A stretch of DNA of 64,000 nucleotides, from positions 4,650,001-4,714,000 of the forward strand of contig OZ024746.1 in assembly GCA_964016885.1 (NCBI GenBank), in the 5' to 3' direction. A model generated the notes under the pieces. It saw nothing but the letters and a program-made list of their open reading frames with translations, did no database searches and was not told where the DNA came from. Shown one piece after another: positions 41,262-53,450 of this stretch (position 1 is the stretch's first letter; each line of letters opens with the position of its first letter). A program made the position numbers and the translations under genes. Source of the DNA: Eledone cirrhosa. Lineage: Eukaryota.

Positions 41262-41384
41262 TCCACTGATGAGTTTATAAGAGCCCGCTTGTGTATAAAA
41301 CTATGGATTATATACAAGTTTCTACATAACCTGGAATTATTTATCCCAAATTGTAGAAATCTTATAACGAAACGGCCGTCTGGA
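41262..41384 (+). ncRNA. Type I hammerhead ribozyme with long branched stem II
   Basis: tcca-CTGATGA-G(T)TTATAAGA...TCTTATAAC-GAAAC-GGCC-GTC-tgga. The core is perfect and stem III is palindromic (ACGGCCGT). Confidence 0.8.
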
Positions 41385-41941
41385 AGGAAAGAGATATTTA
41401 TTTAATAATGTCTCATATAAAATAATACAACCAGCTATCCACGCAATACTGATTAGTTAGCACCCCAAACACTAAATTGGGATAATACTTAGGTATATCC
41501 TAATGTTTGTTGAGTGAGATGGTGTTGGTCGGAGTATCGCTTAAGGCTTTCTCTGTTTATGTATATATATATATATAAAGACATACCCATGAAAATTATA
41601 TATATATATATACACCACCGAATCCCTTTAAACTAAACGAACAAAGATATATCATTTGTTCACAATATTCTGTAACATATTTTTGGAACAACATGTAAAA
41701 CATATATCTTCAACTCTTTAATCTTCAGTAGAAAACCATTGAACTTTATCACTATTGGCGCACAATATGTCACTATTGTAGCTAGAATTGTCAAAACTTT
41801 AGACAGTATAAATTACATTAATATGTATCATGATAAATTATCAAATAGTTTTGAAGATACATTGTCTTCATTTTTTTTTATATATATTTAGTTAATATAC
41901 TTCATTGTGTTACACATTATTTTCACAAACTAATGTTTTAA

Positions 41942-42133
41942 GGTGGGTGGATTGGCAGTATCGGTAGAGGGTCGGACGCCATGCTTTGTAGCATAGAGTT
42001 ACGCCCCTTTATGTTCTGAGTTCAAATCCCTCCGAGGTTAACTTTGCCTTTCACCCTTACGGGGTCGATAAAATAAATACCAGTAATGTACTGGGATAAA
42101 TGCTGACCTTGTGCCAAAAGTAGAAACAATTAT
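41942..42133 (+). mobile_element. SINE family A
   Basis: Near full-length. Confidence 0.85.
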
Positions 42134-42349
42134 TTTCACAAACTATTTTTTCTACATATGAAATACAAGTAGCCTCGAGTCTCGAACCCACCACCCTGCA
42201 CTTATTATTTTTTTTCACCCCTATTACATATTTGTTTCTATATTACACAATTCTAGTCATTGCTCTATCTGACCACTGTCTGAGAAAGGAAATAGCAATA
42301 TGAAACCGTGTTGAGGTCATACCATTTTAAACATGATTAATGCTAAAAT

Positions 42350-42885
42350 AATGGTTTCTGATTTAAGCAGAACGCCGGCAACTTTGGGGGAGAGGAAAGT
42401 CGATTAAATCGACTCCAGTGCGTTACTGGTACTTTATTTTATCGACCCCGTAAGGAGGAAAAGTAAATCTAACCTCGGCAGGATTTGAACTCGGAAAGTA
42501 AAGGGTTGTAACTAAATGTTTGCAAAGTATTTTGTCCGACGCTCTAACGATTCTGCTAATTCATCTCCCTCTAGTACTTGAGAAAATGATTTTTAATTTA
42601 GGCATAAGGCCAGCAAATTGTGGGGCAGGGAAAGTCAGAATTTAGGCATAAGGCCAGCAAATTGTGGGGCAGGGAAAGTCAGAATTTAGGCATAAGGCCA
42701 GCAAATTGTGGGGCAGGGAAAGTCAATTATATTTACCCTGGTATGTGACTGGAACTTTATCTTATCGAGCCTGGAGGAATGAAAGACGGAATTTATTTAG
42801 GCAGGATTTAAACTCAGAAGGTGAAGGGCCGAGACTAAAGTCTTGCAAAGTATTTTGTACGAAGATCCGTCGAAACTGCTAATGT
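42350..42885 (-). mobile_element. Two SINE family A-related copies, the second with a triplicated 44-bp tail
   Basis: Family motifs are present, and 'aatttaggcataaggccagcaaattgtggggcagggaaagtcag' occurs three times. Confidence 0.75.
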
Positions 42886-43639
42886 CTCAGCATTTGAAAT
42901 AGTATTAAGACAAAATTATAAATATGTAATTTCAGTTACAGTCAGTTCACTCTAACCACAAATATAAACATAAGCGCATCCCCCTTACCATCCTCCGGGG
43001 AAACGCCTTCTCCATTCTGTCCACCGGGGCTGTGGGGAGGTCAGCACGTGGGACCCCATTTTCTCACCATATGGAAAGATGGGAAGAGCGAGAGAGATGG
43101 AGGCGATGACGGTGGGAATTCGGCTGTTCATTCATCTTTACTTAGGTTACTATTTTCTATTGTCTGGTTTACGAACAAATGTTATTGTAGCTTAAATATA
43201 TGCGGTGTATTCATCCAGTTTTATGACAACGCTTAACTTTGAAGGGAATTTTGCTGTGAATTCTAGCAGATCTAGCATCCATTTAGTAGAGTGTGATGGC
43301 AACAACAAAAACAACAATAGCAATAGCAGCAACAACTGCAGAAACTAGCAGAAGCTATGCTACCAAATACGGTTCAATTTGCAGTACAACCCAGAACGGA
43401 GATAAAGAAAATAAATATTATCCAAAAGTCTTGGATCATCCAGAGTCACATGAATTATCTCCCTTGCTTACATTCCATGAACTGAACACACCTAACGGAA
43501 ATGTTGGTCTTGAAATTGCGAGGATAGTCTCGGTTGATTGAACTCGCCTCCACCTCCATATTTAGAGAGAAAATCTATGTAGTTTATATTTGATGCATAA
43601 CGCTCCACTCAGGCATTTTCATATAACCTTTTATTGATA

Positions 43640-43753
<114 letters not shown>

Positions 43754-43981
43754 TGTGTGTGTGTGTGTACGTGTGTATGTGCGTACGAGTTTGTATGGGA
43801 GGGGATGTGATTATCCACTAGTTATCGAGTATGTGAAAGTTTTGTGCTTCTGTCTTTAAAGATGGAGGAACTTCCCAGCATGGAAGATATGCACCAAAAT
43901 ACCATCCAAGGCACCAACAGCACATCAACATAAGATACAGCAACATCGGCGACCGAAGGATTACAACTTCTCCTACCTAAG

Positions 43982-44124
<143 letters not shown>

Positions 44125-44364
44125 CAGTCTGTGAGGGAGGGGTATATAAGTTAGACAAACTAAACTAAGTCAGTTTTACTTATATACTATCCCTAACTAC
44201 AGTTTCTGGAATTAAGAAACAATATTAATTATCTCAATAAATTAAAACAATCAATATTGGAAGAATTGTTCTGTCTTCTCAATCTAGAATTTGGCTTAAG
44301 TTTAATATGTTTAATTGTTTCTCTGAGTTGATATTTTGTCTTTGAGATATCTGAATATATTAGA

Positions 44365-44490
44365 AGATCGAACGCCATGCTTTGCAGCAAAGAGTTACGG
44401 CCCTTTATAGTCTGAGTTCAAATCCCGCCGAGGTTAACTTTGCCTTTCATCCTTACGGGGTCGATAAAATAAAGTACCAGTAATGTACTG
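44365..44490 (+). mobile_element. SINE family A (3'-truncated)
   Basis: Family motifs, joined directly to the HHR element at 44492. Confidence 0.8.
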
Positions 44491-44491
44491 T

Positions 44492-44690
44492 GTTGAAAAT
44501 TGCAAACTTGACTGTCACCACACATTATGAACCTGAAGATAGATTGCGAAAGCATGAAAGTACTTGTTCAATTAACACTTAACATTTAATATTCTATCAT
44601 ACTATTTCATTATAATACCATTATAAATTTTAAAGGATTGTAAATAAAACGAGTAAATCAGACAAAGTTGGAATTCCTCTTATTAATATA
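44492..44690 (+). mobile_element. Copy of the 35114-35304 element carrying an HHR at 44528-44570
   Basis: Reverse-complement homology to 35114-35304. The HHR reads tgaac-CTGAAGA..TGC GAAA GCAT-GAAA-GTAC-TT-gttca. Confidence 0.75.
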
Positions 44691-44728
44691 ATCTTCTATA
44701 CACAATCATACACACCAGTGTATATTTA

Positions 44729-44806
<78 letters not shown>

Positions 44807-45109
44807 CATACATATATATATACAGTATATATACATATTTATATATATATACACACACACAAACACACATATATACATACATACATACATACATACATAC
44901 ATACATACATACATACACATACATACACACACATACACACACACACATACACACACACACACAGCTACTTTGCATTAACAATTCTGCATGTAATAACTAC
45001 ATATTGGTACCCCCATGGAAAGAAGTGAAGAAGGCGTCCCAAGATGAACTGGCGGTAGACATTCAATGGAGGCCTGAAACCTGTCAACAAAAGTTGAAAT
45101 GTTGTATTG

Positions 45110-45243
45110 ATAGATGTAACTGACCGTAGTCATTGGAGCACTTTGGCTGCCTCTTGTGTCTCAAGACATGGGAGGTATTTATAGATGTAACTGACCGTAG
45201 TCATTGGAGCACTTTGGCTGTCTCTTGTGTCTCAAGACGTGGG
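45110..45243. repeat. Tandem duplication with ~72-bp period
   Basis: 'tagatgtaactgaccgtagtcattggagcactttggctg..tcaagac' occurs twice. Confidence 0.9.
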
Positions 45244-46448
45244 AACTTCTAAGTCTAAGTTTCTTCAAAGTATAATTAATTCTAGTTAGCTTTCTAACTG
45301 CACTAAATATGTTAACATAAACTTAACTAATATAACTGTTACTCCTGTCTACCTTGCCTAGTATGATATGTATAAATAGACGTATGTATAAATAGACGTA
45401 TGTATATATAGACGTATGTATATGTGTATATATGTATATATAGACGTATGTATATGTCTATATATGTATATATAGACGTATGTATATATGTATATATGTA
45501 TATATAGACGTATGTATATGTCTATATATGTGTGCTGTTCAGAGTGCAGTCAGTAACGCTACCTTGACATATTCAATAGACTTTTGAAAGCTTATTTAAA
45601 TTGAAAATAAAATACCTCAAAATATATTATTTTTATTTTAATCTTCAGAAATATTATTACTTTATAAATGTTACTACCAATAAGAATTTGCCAACATTTT
45701 TCCATTTGCATTTGAGCTGGAGGTCAGGAAACTGTTCAATAAATCTATATTGGCATAGATAGGCTAATCTTTGTCGTTCATGCTATAATTTCTGGTGCGG
45801 AAATGGTAATCTGAGCTGTGTAACATGTTTTAGAACTTTAAAGATCATACGTTATATATGTAAATTTACTATAATCATTATATTGCTGTTTTTGATATTG
45901 AAAAAGTTTATTACATGGCTTTCAAATAAAAATAAACATTTAAAAGTGCTATTTTATGTAAATATATCTTGTTGATTTAGACTAGAAATACGGGAGCCAA
46001 CTCAATCAACCAGAACAAATTGTGCCATCTCGAAATATTTACAAAAAAGAAAGTAAAGAGAAAAATAACACTTCTGTCTCTGAACTAATTTTGACTGTAT
46101 TATAGTTGAGAGAGTGAAACTCTTAGAATTCAAAATTAACACTGAAAACTCTAAATGTATTGCCATAGGCATTTTAACTGGGTCTCTGCTACGCGCTAGC
46201 CTGGGCCATTTGAAGACATGGATTCAAAACTGCAGCTAACGAAATACTCATGAATTATATATTTCTTCGACAGTAGTAAACACTACTTGACCAGAGCATC
46301 TATTCATATGCTGTGTGACCAGGCCAGCGAGAATTAACTATCTTATCTATGGTCACTGCACAAGTCGAGAGAAAGGTTACGTGCCTAAACTTTTCATATA
46401 ATTCGACGCGTGTTACTGTTTATCCCCAGGTTAGTCCTGATCCAGTGA

Positions 46449-46665
46449 AGGCGTGTGGCTGAGTGGTTAGAGAATTGGATTCACAATCTTGAGGTTGTGA
46501 GTTTGATTCCTGGACCGGGTGATGCGTTATGTCCTTGAGCAAGACTCTATATTTCACGCTGCTCCTTCTACCTGGAGTTGCGACCGATAGATAATATTAG
46601 CAACTAGAAAGACTAACGGAAACATTATTTCCTCGGTCCGATTTGACGAAAGTTGATCGATCCTT
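46449..46665 (+). mobile_element. tRNA-derived SINE, family B
   Basis: A/B boxes plus the family B core. Confidence 0.75.
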
Positions 46666-47397
46666 TTTTAGCCCTGATCCAAACCATCTGCACTTCATTA
46701 TCTTTACCTTTCATCCTTACGGGGTCGATAAAATAAAGTACCAGTAATGCACTGGGTAATTGCTGGTCTTGTGCCAAAAAGTAGAAACAATTATATCCCT
46801 TTCCTATTTTAAGATAGTAGGGTGTGATTTGAAGCAGATTTAGCTGCTATTTCTAGTAGGCTAAGTGGCCGTGTAGAGAATCCATCGGTCGACGTTTGAG
46901 TTTCTGCAACTATACCTAAAGACAGTTGATCTTCAGAAATAAATCTTTAGAAGTAAATGACTTAAACTCACCGAAGTATTTGCCTTTTAGACTGATGTGT
47001 TTGTGGGAATTACAAGTTCGATTTTGCATCTACAATGAAAGATTTCTGATATCGATTCCTATCGCGACCGATTTTTCCTTTCCTTCTTCCAAATTCGATA
47101 GAACAAGTATCGGCATTATATTGGGATGTGGCTTCAATCCACTATTCCTCCATTTGGAGGTTTGAAACCTTATCAGAAACTCCGTATCCGTAACAATGGA
47201 CTATAACAAGGAACTACACTATACCTTTCAGAAATATTAAATATCTTGATTAAAAAACCATCTATATCTTAGTATGATACCTTTCTAGGGTTGTATTCCA
47301 TCTCTTAAACTGAGTCTTACTTACCCATAAGGTCAACATTTACAGGTGGAATTAATGATTCGTTGTTATCGGTGTTATTATTAGTGAGGTATTTTTG

Positions 47398-47860
47398 AGG
47401 GCGGTGGATTGGCAGTATCGGTAGAGGGTCGGACGCCATGCTTTGCAGCATAGAGTTACGGCTCTTTATGATCTGAGCTCAAATCCCGCCGAGGTTAACT
47501 TTGCCTTTCATCCTTATGGGGTCGATAAAATAAAGTATCAGTCACGCACTGGGGTCGATTTAATCGACTTTCCCTTCCCCTCAAATTACTGGCCTTGTGC
47601 CTATATAAGAAACCATTATTAGTGAGGTATTTGATGGCGGTGGATTGGCAGTATTGATAGAACGTCGGACACCATGCTTCACGGCATAGAGTTACGGCCT
47701 TTTACGTTCTGAGTTCAAATCCCGCCGAGCTTAGCCTTGTCTTTCAACCTTATGGGGTTGATAAAATAAAGTACCAGTAATACACTGGAGTCGATTTAAT
47801 CGACTTTCCGCTTCCACCAAAACAATTGTTAGCATTGTGCCTAAATCAGAAGCCATTATT
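47398..47860 (+). mobile_element. Two tandem SINE family A copies
   Basis: Both are preceded by the duplicated 'attattagtgaggtattt'. Confidence 0.85.
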
Positions 47861-47928
47861 ATTATTTAGGTTCCTTTACGGTCCTTCCAGGATCAGTAAG
47901 ACTGATGCTGATAACGGTCTGCTTAAAC

Positions 47929-48270
47929 TGTCACAAGACGACGACTCAATGAATGACATACGAAGAGAATTACAGAGAGACGACATTCAGGGGTTAAAGG
48001 ACTAGGTAAAGTAAAGAGGTGGTGAGATAAGTGAGTGAAGAACGCTGGAGTGAGAGTGGCACGAGTCAAGCTAGCTCCTAGGAGCTATGGCTATTACAGT
48101 AACGGTAGATAAGGCAGTGAAAGGAAACAGCAAGTCTGTGGAACACAAGTCTGAGTTTCTTGCGAAACATTGTAATATTTTACCTTTGAACATGTTTAGG
48201 TGCTTATGTGTGTGTCAGCCGCGATGTAATAAATGCATCCAACTGGTGTTTGGAGAAGATTAAAAACTTT
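47929..48270 (+). mobile_element. Possible solo LTR remnant
   Basis: Starts TGTCAC and has an AATAAA near the end. No partner LTR or TSD was confirmed. Confidence 0.3.
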
Positions 48271-48324
48271 AAAGAGCTGAATTTCTTTTGTTTTTTAGGG
48301 TGGGGGGAGACAAGTCATTAGGAT

Positions 48325-48650
48325 GTTCTTCTTCGTCTTCTGCTTCGCCCACTTATTCCTGAGAGGGTCGTGGGGGCAGAATCCTCAAACACTCCTTCCA
48401 GCAGGTCCTATCAGAAGCAATCGTCTCCAACTGATCCGGCTGGATCTCCAAGTGAGACCGGCCAAGCTCATGGATGTTATCCAGCTATCTTACTCGGGGT
48501 GTGCCCCTCGGTCTCCTGCCGTTGGTTTTGCCCGTAAAATCTGTCCAGCGATTCGTTCTTGAGACATTCTAACCACGTGTCCATTATATCGGAGCTGTGA
48601 TCTCTCAATTCGGAGAAGTAGCTGCTCTGTGCGGAGCGACTCGAGGGTGC
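48325..48650 (-). mobile_element. RTE-like LINE 3' end
   Basis: The reverse complement encodes LLLRIERSQLRYNGHVVRMSQERIA..RPRGTPR..DRTCWK, followed by a GAA-rich tail. A related scrap lies at 40200-40285. Confidence 0.8.
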
Positions 48651-49188
48651 ACACTGTCATTGGAATACTAATGTCTCAACTAAAATAGGTTCTTTTCAAC
48701 ATTAAATTGAAACAGAGTTACACCATTCACTTTGTGAATTACGCTTATTGACATACATTTAAAGGTTGACTTTAACAGGTATATTATTTTATCACGTAGC
48801 TAGAGATAAATACAACGAGCCTGTTCGATTAGAGGTGACCTGGGGTTAAACAACAATGCGTAGCGAACTTTCCGGGCATTCGAAATTGGTAAGAAAAAAA
48901 GAAAGAAGTTATCTTTCTTTACCAAACTGAAGACCAGTCTTGAATCCAAGGGCAAAATAGTTGTGGTGATAAAGAGAGTGCAGGATTAAGCCTACCACCC
49001 AGGTACAATAACAGTCCCTCCAACGGGCTAACACACAGTTTCAGTCTACTAAACTTCAGTCTCAAGTCTTTGATCAGTCTGAGACTATAGTGAAGAAACT
49101 TGCCGAAGATATGACGCTGTCAGATCGGGCCCAAAACAAGTGATTTTAAACAGTTTCAAAACACGTAATGCCTTTGAAACCACGTGAA

Positions 49189-49435
49189 GGGCATGGCTTA
49201 GTGGTTAGAGCATTGGGCTTGCAATTGAAAGGTTGTGAGTTCAATTCTCAGATCGGTTGATGTGTTGTTTCCTTGAGCAAGACACTTTATTTCACGTTGC
49301 TCCAGTTTGCTCAGCTGTAGAAATGAGATGACAGGACTGGGGTCCCTATCATTAAATCACCCAAGACACCTTCAACGAGATATACCTTGGAGGAGGCCAG
49401 CTAAACCTGCATAGGTGTGAGCTGTCACACACACA
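49189..49435 (+). mobile_element. SINE family B with tail; inverted partial copy at 51075-51198
   Basis: A/B boxes and core. The tail 'cacccaagacacc..gtgagctgtcacacacaca' is the reverse complement of 51075-51170. Confidence 0.75.
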
Positions 49436-49943
49436 ATGCCTTGCTGCCAAACCTGTGACCATAAAATAGATTAATGGAGAGATTTAATAACTTATTCTTA
49501 TTCCTATTCAAGAACTTTGATTTCATTTACAAACTAGATCTTGAAATTTAACTTTAGTTTCCATTCACTGCAATATTTATTGTTGAAACTACATATGTTT
49601 CCGACACTAAATTTCCCAATATATTTTTCTGTTGATTTCTCCATATTTATTCTGTACCAAACAACTGAACTTTCCGTCATATAACATCGTTCTTGCCATT
49701 ACTCAATTTTCCCATTCCTCAATACAAATGAATACACTGCTGCCTAATCTAATATCGAGGAGTTGAACGTACAGTTCAGAGTTCATTTTCCTATGTAGTC
49801 ACAAAAAATGTACACACACACATATATATATTATATATGTATATACGTGTGTGTATATATATATATATATACACGTATGTGTGTTTGTGTATATATATAT
49901 ATATATATATATACACGTATGTGTATATATATATATATGTGTA

Positions 49944-50018
<75 letters not shown>

Positions 50019-50690
50019 GTGTGGGTGTGTGTATATATATATGTATATATGGTGGCGTAGCATTCAAACTTTTGGCGTGGTAGTATTGGCCATTTTGATT
50101 GATTAAAACTGACCTCGAATTAATACGGTAGACTTGCATTAACAACAGTTATATAGCAAGGAACGAGCAAAGTTATATTTCAAGAGTTGTGAGACCCTTT
50201 TAATCATAGGTTAATGTGTGGAGAAGGGATTGAAGCTAGCGATGGACAGTAGAATGCTGGAGGTGATAAGGAAAGACGAATACAATTTTCCTTAACGGTT
50301 GAATTAATGAGACTAAGGTTAAAGTATACAGTAGAACTTACTTCTAACACTTTGACAAACAGTAGAAATGAGTCAAAACTAAAAGGTAAGTTTATTGTAA
50401 TAGATTCAACGAGAGATTTGTAACAAAAATCTTGTTTGCCAAATGTCAGTTTTCATGTATGCATACTTTCAGCTGTTTTCAGTCTTCCGTAAAAAGCATT
50501 CATTACTTTTAGATTTCTTTTGTTGGAAAAGTGTCAAATTCTTTTGAGAGTGTTATAGAGATGTAGAACTGCGTAAAGAAATGGATATTTTTGTAACAAA
50601 AGCTTTAATAAGATGTCTGTTTACATAGATAAAAGGACAAAACCAACTGTCTCTTTATAAAAACCACAGTGAAACAGGCAAGTAAATCTA

Positions 50691-50729
<39 letters not shown>

Positions 50730-53324
50730 TATCTTTTTAATGTAAATTCAAAGGCGTTTTGCAATAGCTTCAATGAAGCCGTCCCTGTTTCGTTCAATAA
50801 TGTTGTATATAAGTTGTGTAAGAGACGGCAAATGATAGAATTGATGGAATAGTAAGAGACACAGAACGAAAAGTGTCAACAATTCATATCCTGTCCTCTA
50901 GGCAACGATTTGTCAGAGTCGTTAGAAGGTCGCAATTAATACCTTGCGGTATTCATTGCAAGCCTCTGCCATTTAAGTTCGAATCCCGTCGACGTCAATT
51001 TTGTCTTTATTCAACGAATCTCCCCTTTTTTTAAAGATGTTAAGGCAAGAGAGATGTAACTGCTATTTCTAACATGTGTGTGTGACAGCTCACACCTATG
51101 CAGGTTTAGCTGGCCCCCTCCAGGGTATATCTCGTTGGAGGTGTCTTGGGTAATTTAAAGATAAGGACCCCAATGCTCTAACCACTAAGCCATGCGCCTT
51201 AACATGACCAGCGACTAAATAGGTTGGTTTTGATGAAGGAGAATTATGTCATTTTTATTTTACTTTGAAATGTCTGTATGTGTGTGTTTGTATGCATGTA
51301 GATATGTGTGTATAAATGTATGTATATGTGTGTGTGCATGTATGTGTATATGCATGTACATACGTATGTATGTTTGTACGTATCTGTGTGTGTGTTACAA
51401 TTTCTTACTCTCAACGCACAAAAGAGTTTTATTTTTAGTGGGGGGCGGGAAGCACCTTCAAGAAACGGCTCTTGTTGTTGTTGTTGTTGTTAGATCAGCT
51501 CTGATCCAGCAGACTTACCACCAAAGAAACGTCTGACTGTTCCCATGTTTTTCTATATCTAAAATTACATTGTCCAATATGTCCTTCCGATGAAATGTGA
51601 TTTAAGTGGGGTTTGGCTGCTATTTTTAGAGGGTCAAGCAAGCACATAGATGTCTTCGTCTTTACCTCATGATTTTAATGTGTTCGAAACTGGCATAAAA
51701 TACGGAAAAGATGTGTCCTTGGGATATCATTAATGGCGTTTGAACAATTGAATATAATCTACCATCAACTGAAGAGAGATATTGAGACAGAGGTGTCCCA
51801 TTGTATGACTGGTAATTACAATACTACTTTAACAACAACTATCTTTCTCCCTCACCTTGGAAGTGTTGCACATTCCCAAGACAAACCCCCCTCTTCTCTA
51901 CCTATCTACTTATCGCTCTCACTTCCAGCATCTCAAAGGTTGTTAACCCCCCCCCCCCCCCCCCCCTACACACACACACACACCTCTCTCATCTCTCTCT
52001 CCTTAATGACCATTACTATGGCTTTTGTCAAGTCAGATCTACTAGAGACCTGCTCTTATATGTCACTCACCAATGGATTCCCACCTTTGAGAATTTTATG
52101 AAAACCTTGTTGCACTGAACCTGTTTGACATGTAACCCATAGCTAAACCTTTTACTTATGACTTTAATCTGCCTATCGTCCCTTGAACCAAATGTTTTCT
52201 GCTGCCAGATGATACCATCACATCATGTACTAATAGAGGTCTCTCTCACCTACACTATCAACTGTTATGTACCCTAAATGTGTGGGTTAAGGTTAGCGCT
52301 ATGATTAGGGTCGGGATGAGAGTTACGATTAACATAAAGTATCAATGTGATTGATTGGCCAAGACTCTCCGACTTCTGGTTCACAGGTTTACTGCTTTAT
52401 CACATTATCTCTTCTATTTGAACAAGGACCTTCATTTCATGTTGCTCTATTCCACTCAGCTGAAAACAAAAATGTGTCCCAGCAGTATCTGGAGTGTGGA
52501 GGTTAACCCCTGGACTGCCGTCCGGGCCAGGGAGGAGTATTTTTATTATATGACTGGAGCCCTTATCAATAAATTAAAAAACTCCCAATGTATGAAATAC
52601 AACCTGATATGAGGCTAGTTAAACCTGCATCAGTGTGAGCTGTAATGGCGACAACAAACCACATAAACATAGAAACACTCGTTTAAACAGCCACATATAT
52701 ATCCCCGTTCACTGACCAGCTGCTGCTAAAAATATAGCTGAAAACACACTTTAACACGCAAAAAACAATGTAAAACGGTCGTTACAATGACGTGAGATTC
52801 AGTACAGTCACATCTCATTAACTTCCCTAATCAGATAACTAATCGAAATATCTACATTGTTCCGCTCTATTCACTCTCTAATGCCATGTACAATAGTAGC
52901 AGTGACGTCACACCTAGCTGTAGTTTTATTAACAATTCACATATTGAAAGCAATTGTATGTAAACGACTCACCTCTTGGTTTTATTGTTGTTGTTGATGT
53001 GGTTGCTGTTGTTGGTGGTGGTGGTTTTTGATGGTGATTGTTGTTATTGTTGGTGGTGGTAGTTGTTGTTATTGGTGGTGGTGGTGGTGGTGGTGGTGGT
53101 TGTGGTGATGGAGTCGCTCCTGCTGATATTGCTGTAGTTTATTCCCGGGTCAGACCTAACGAAACAAACCGATGATCAAAGGCTTGATCTCGTTTTATTT
53201 CTTTTGTTTTTAAGGGAATTTGGTTATTATTTTGTGCAGATCGAGCGACTAGATAGAGAGATCCCTCATTAGCTCAGGTGTATTATATCATAAATGGATT
53301 CCTGATCACTAAATACTCAAGGTA

Positions 53325-53450
53325 GGAAGAGTCTTTTGAAGCAGTTGGATAGGTTCAAGTATCTCGGAACCGTGTTCACGAGTGGTGGAAGGCAGGAGGC
53401 TGAATTAAGTGCAGGAATTGCAGTAATGCTCCAGCTTTGGTATTCGTTAA
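53325..53450 (+). mobile_element. RTE-like RT fragment
   Basis: LKQLDRFKYLGTVFTSGG..EAEL. Confidence 0.7.

Noticed and set aside
45020-45090. GTGAAGA-AGGC..GCCT-GAAAC-CT-GTC hammerhead-like motif
   Set aside because: C3 is missing and there is no stem I complement. At best a decayed remnant.
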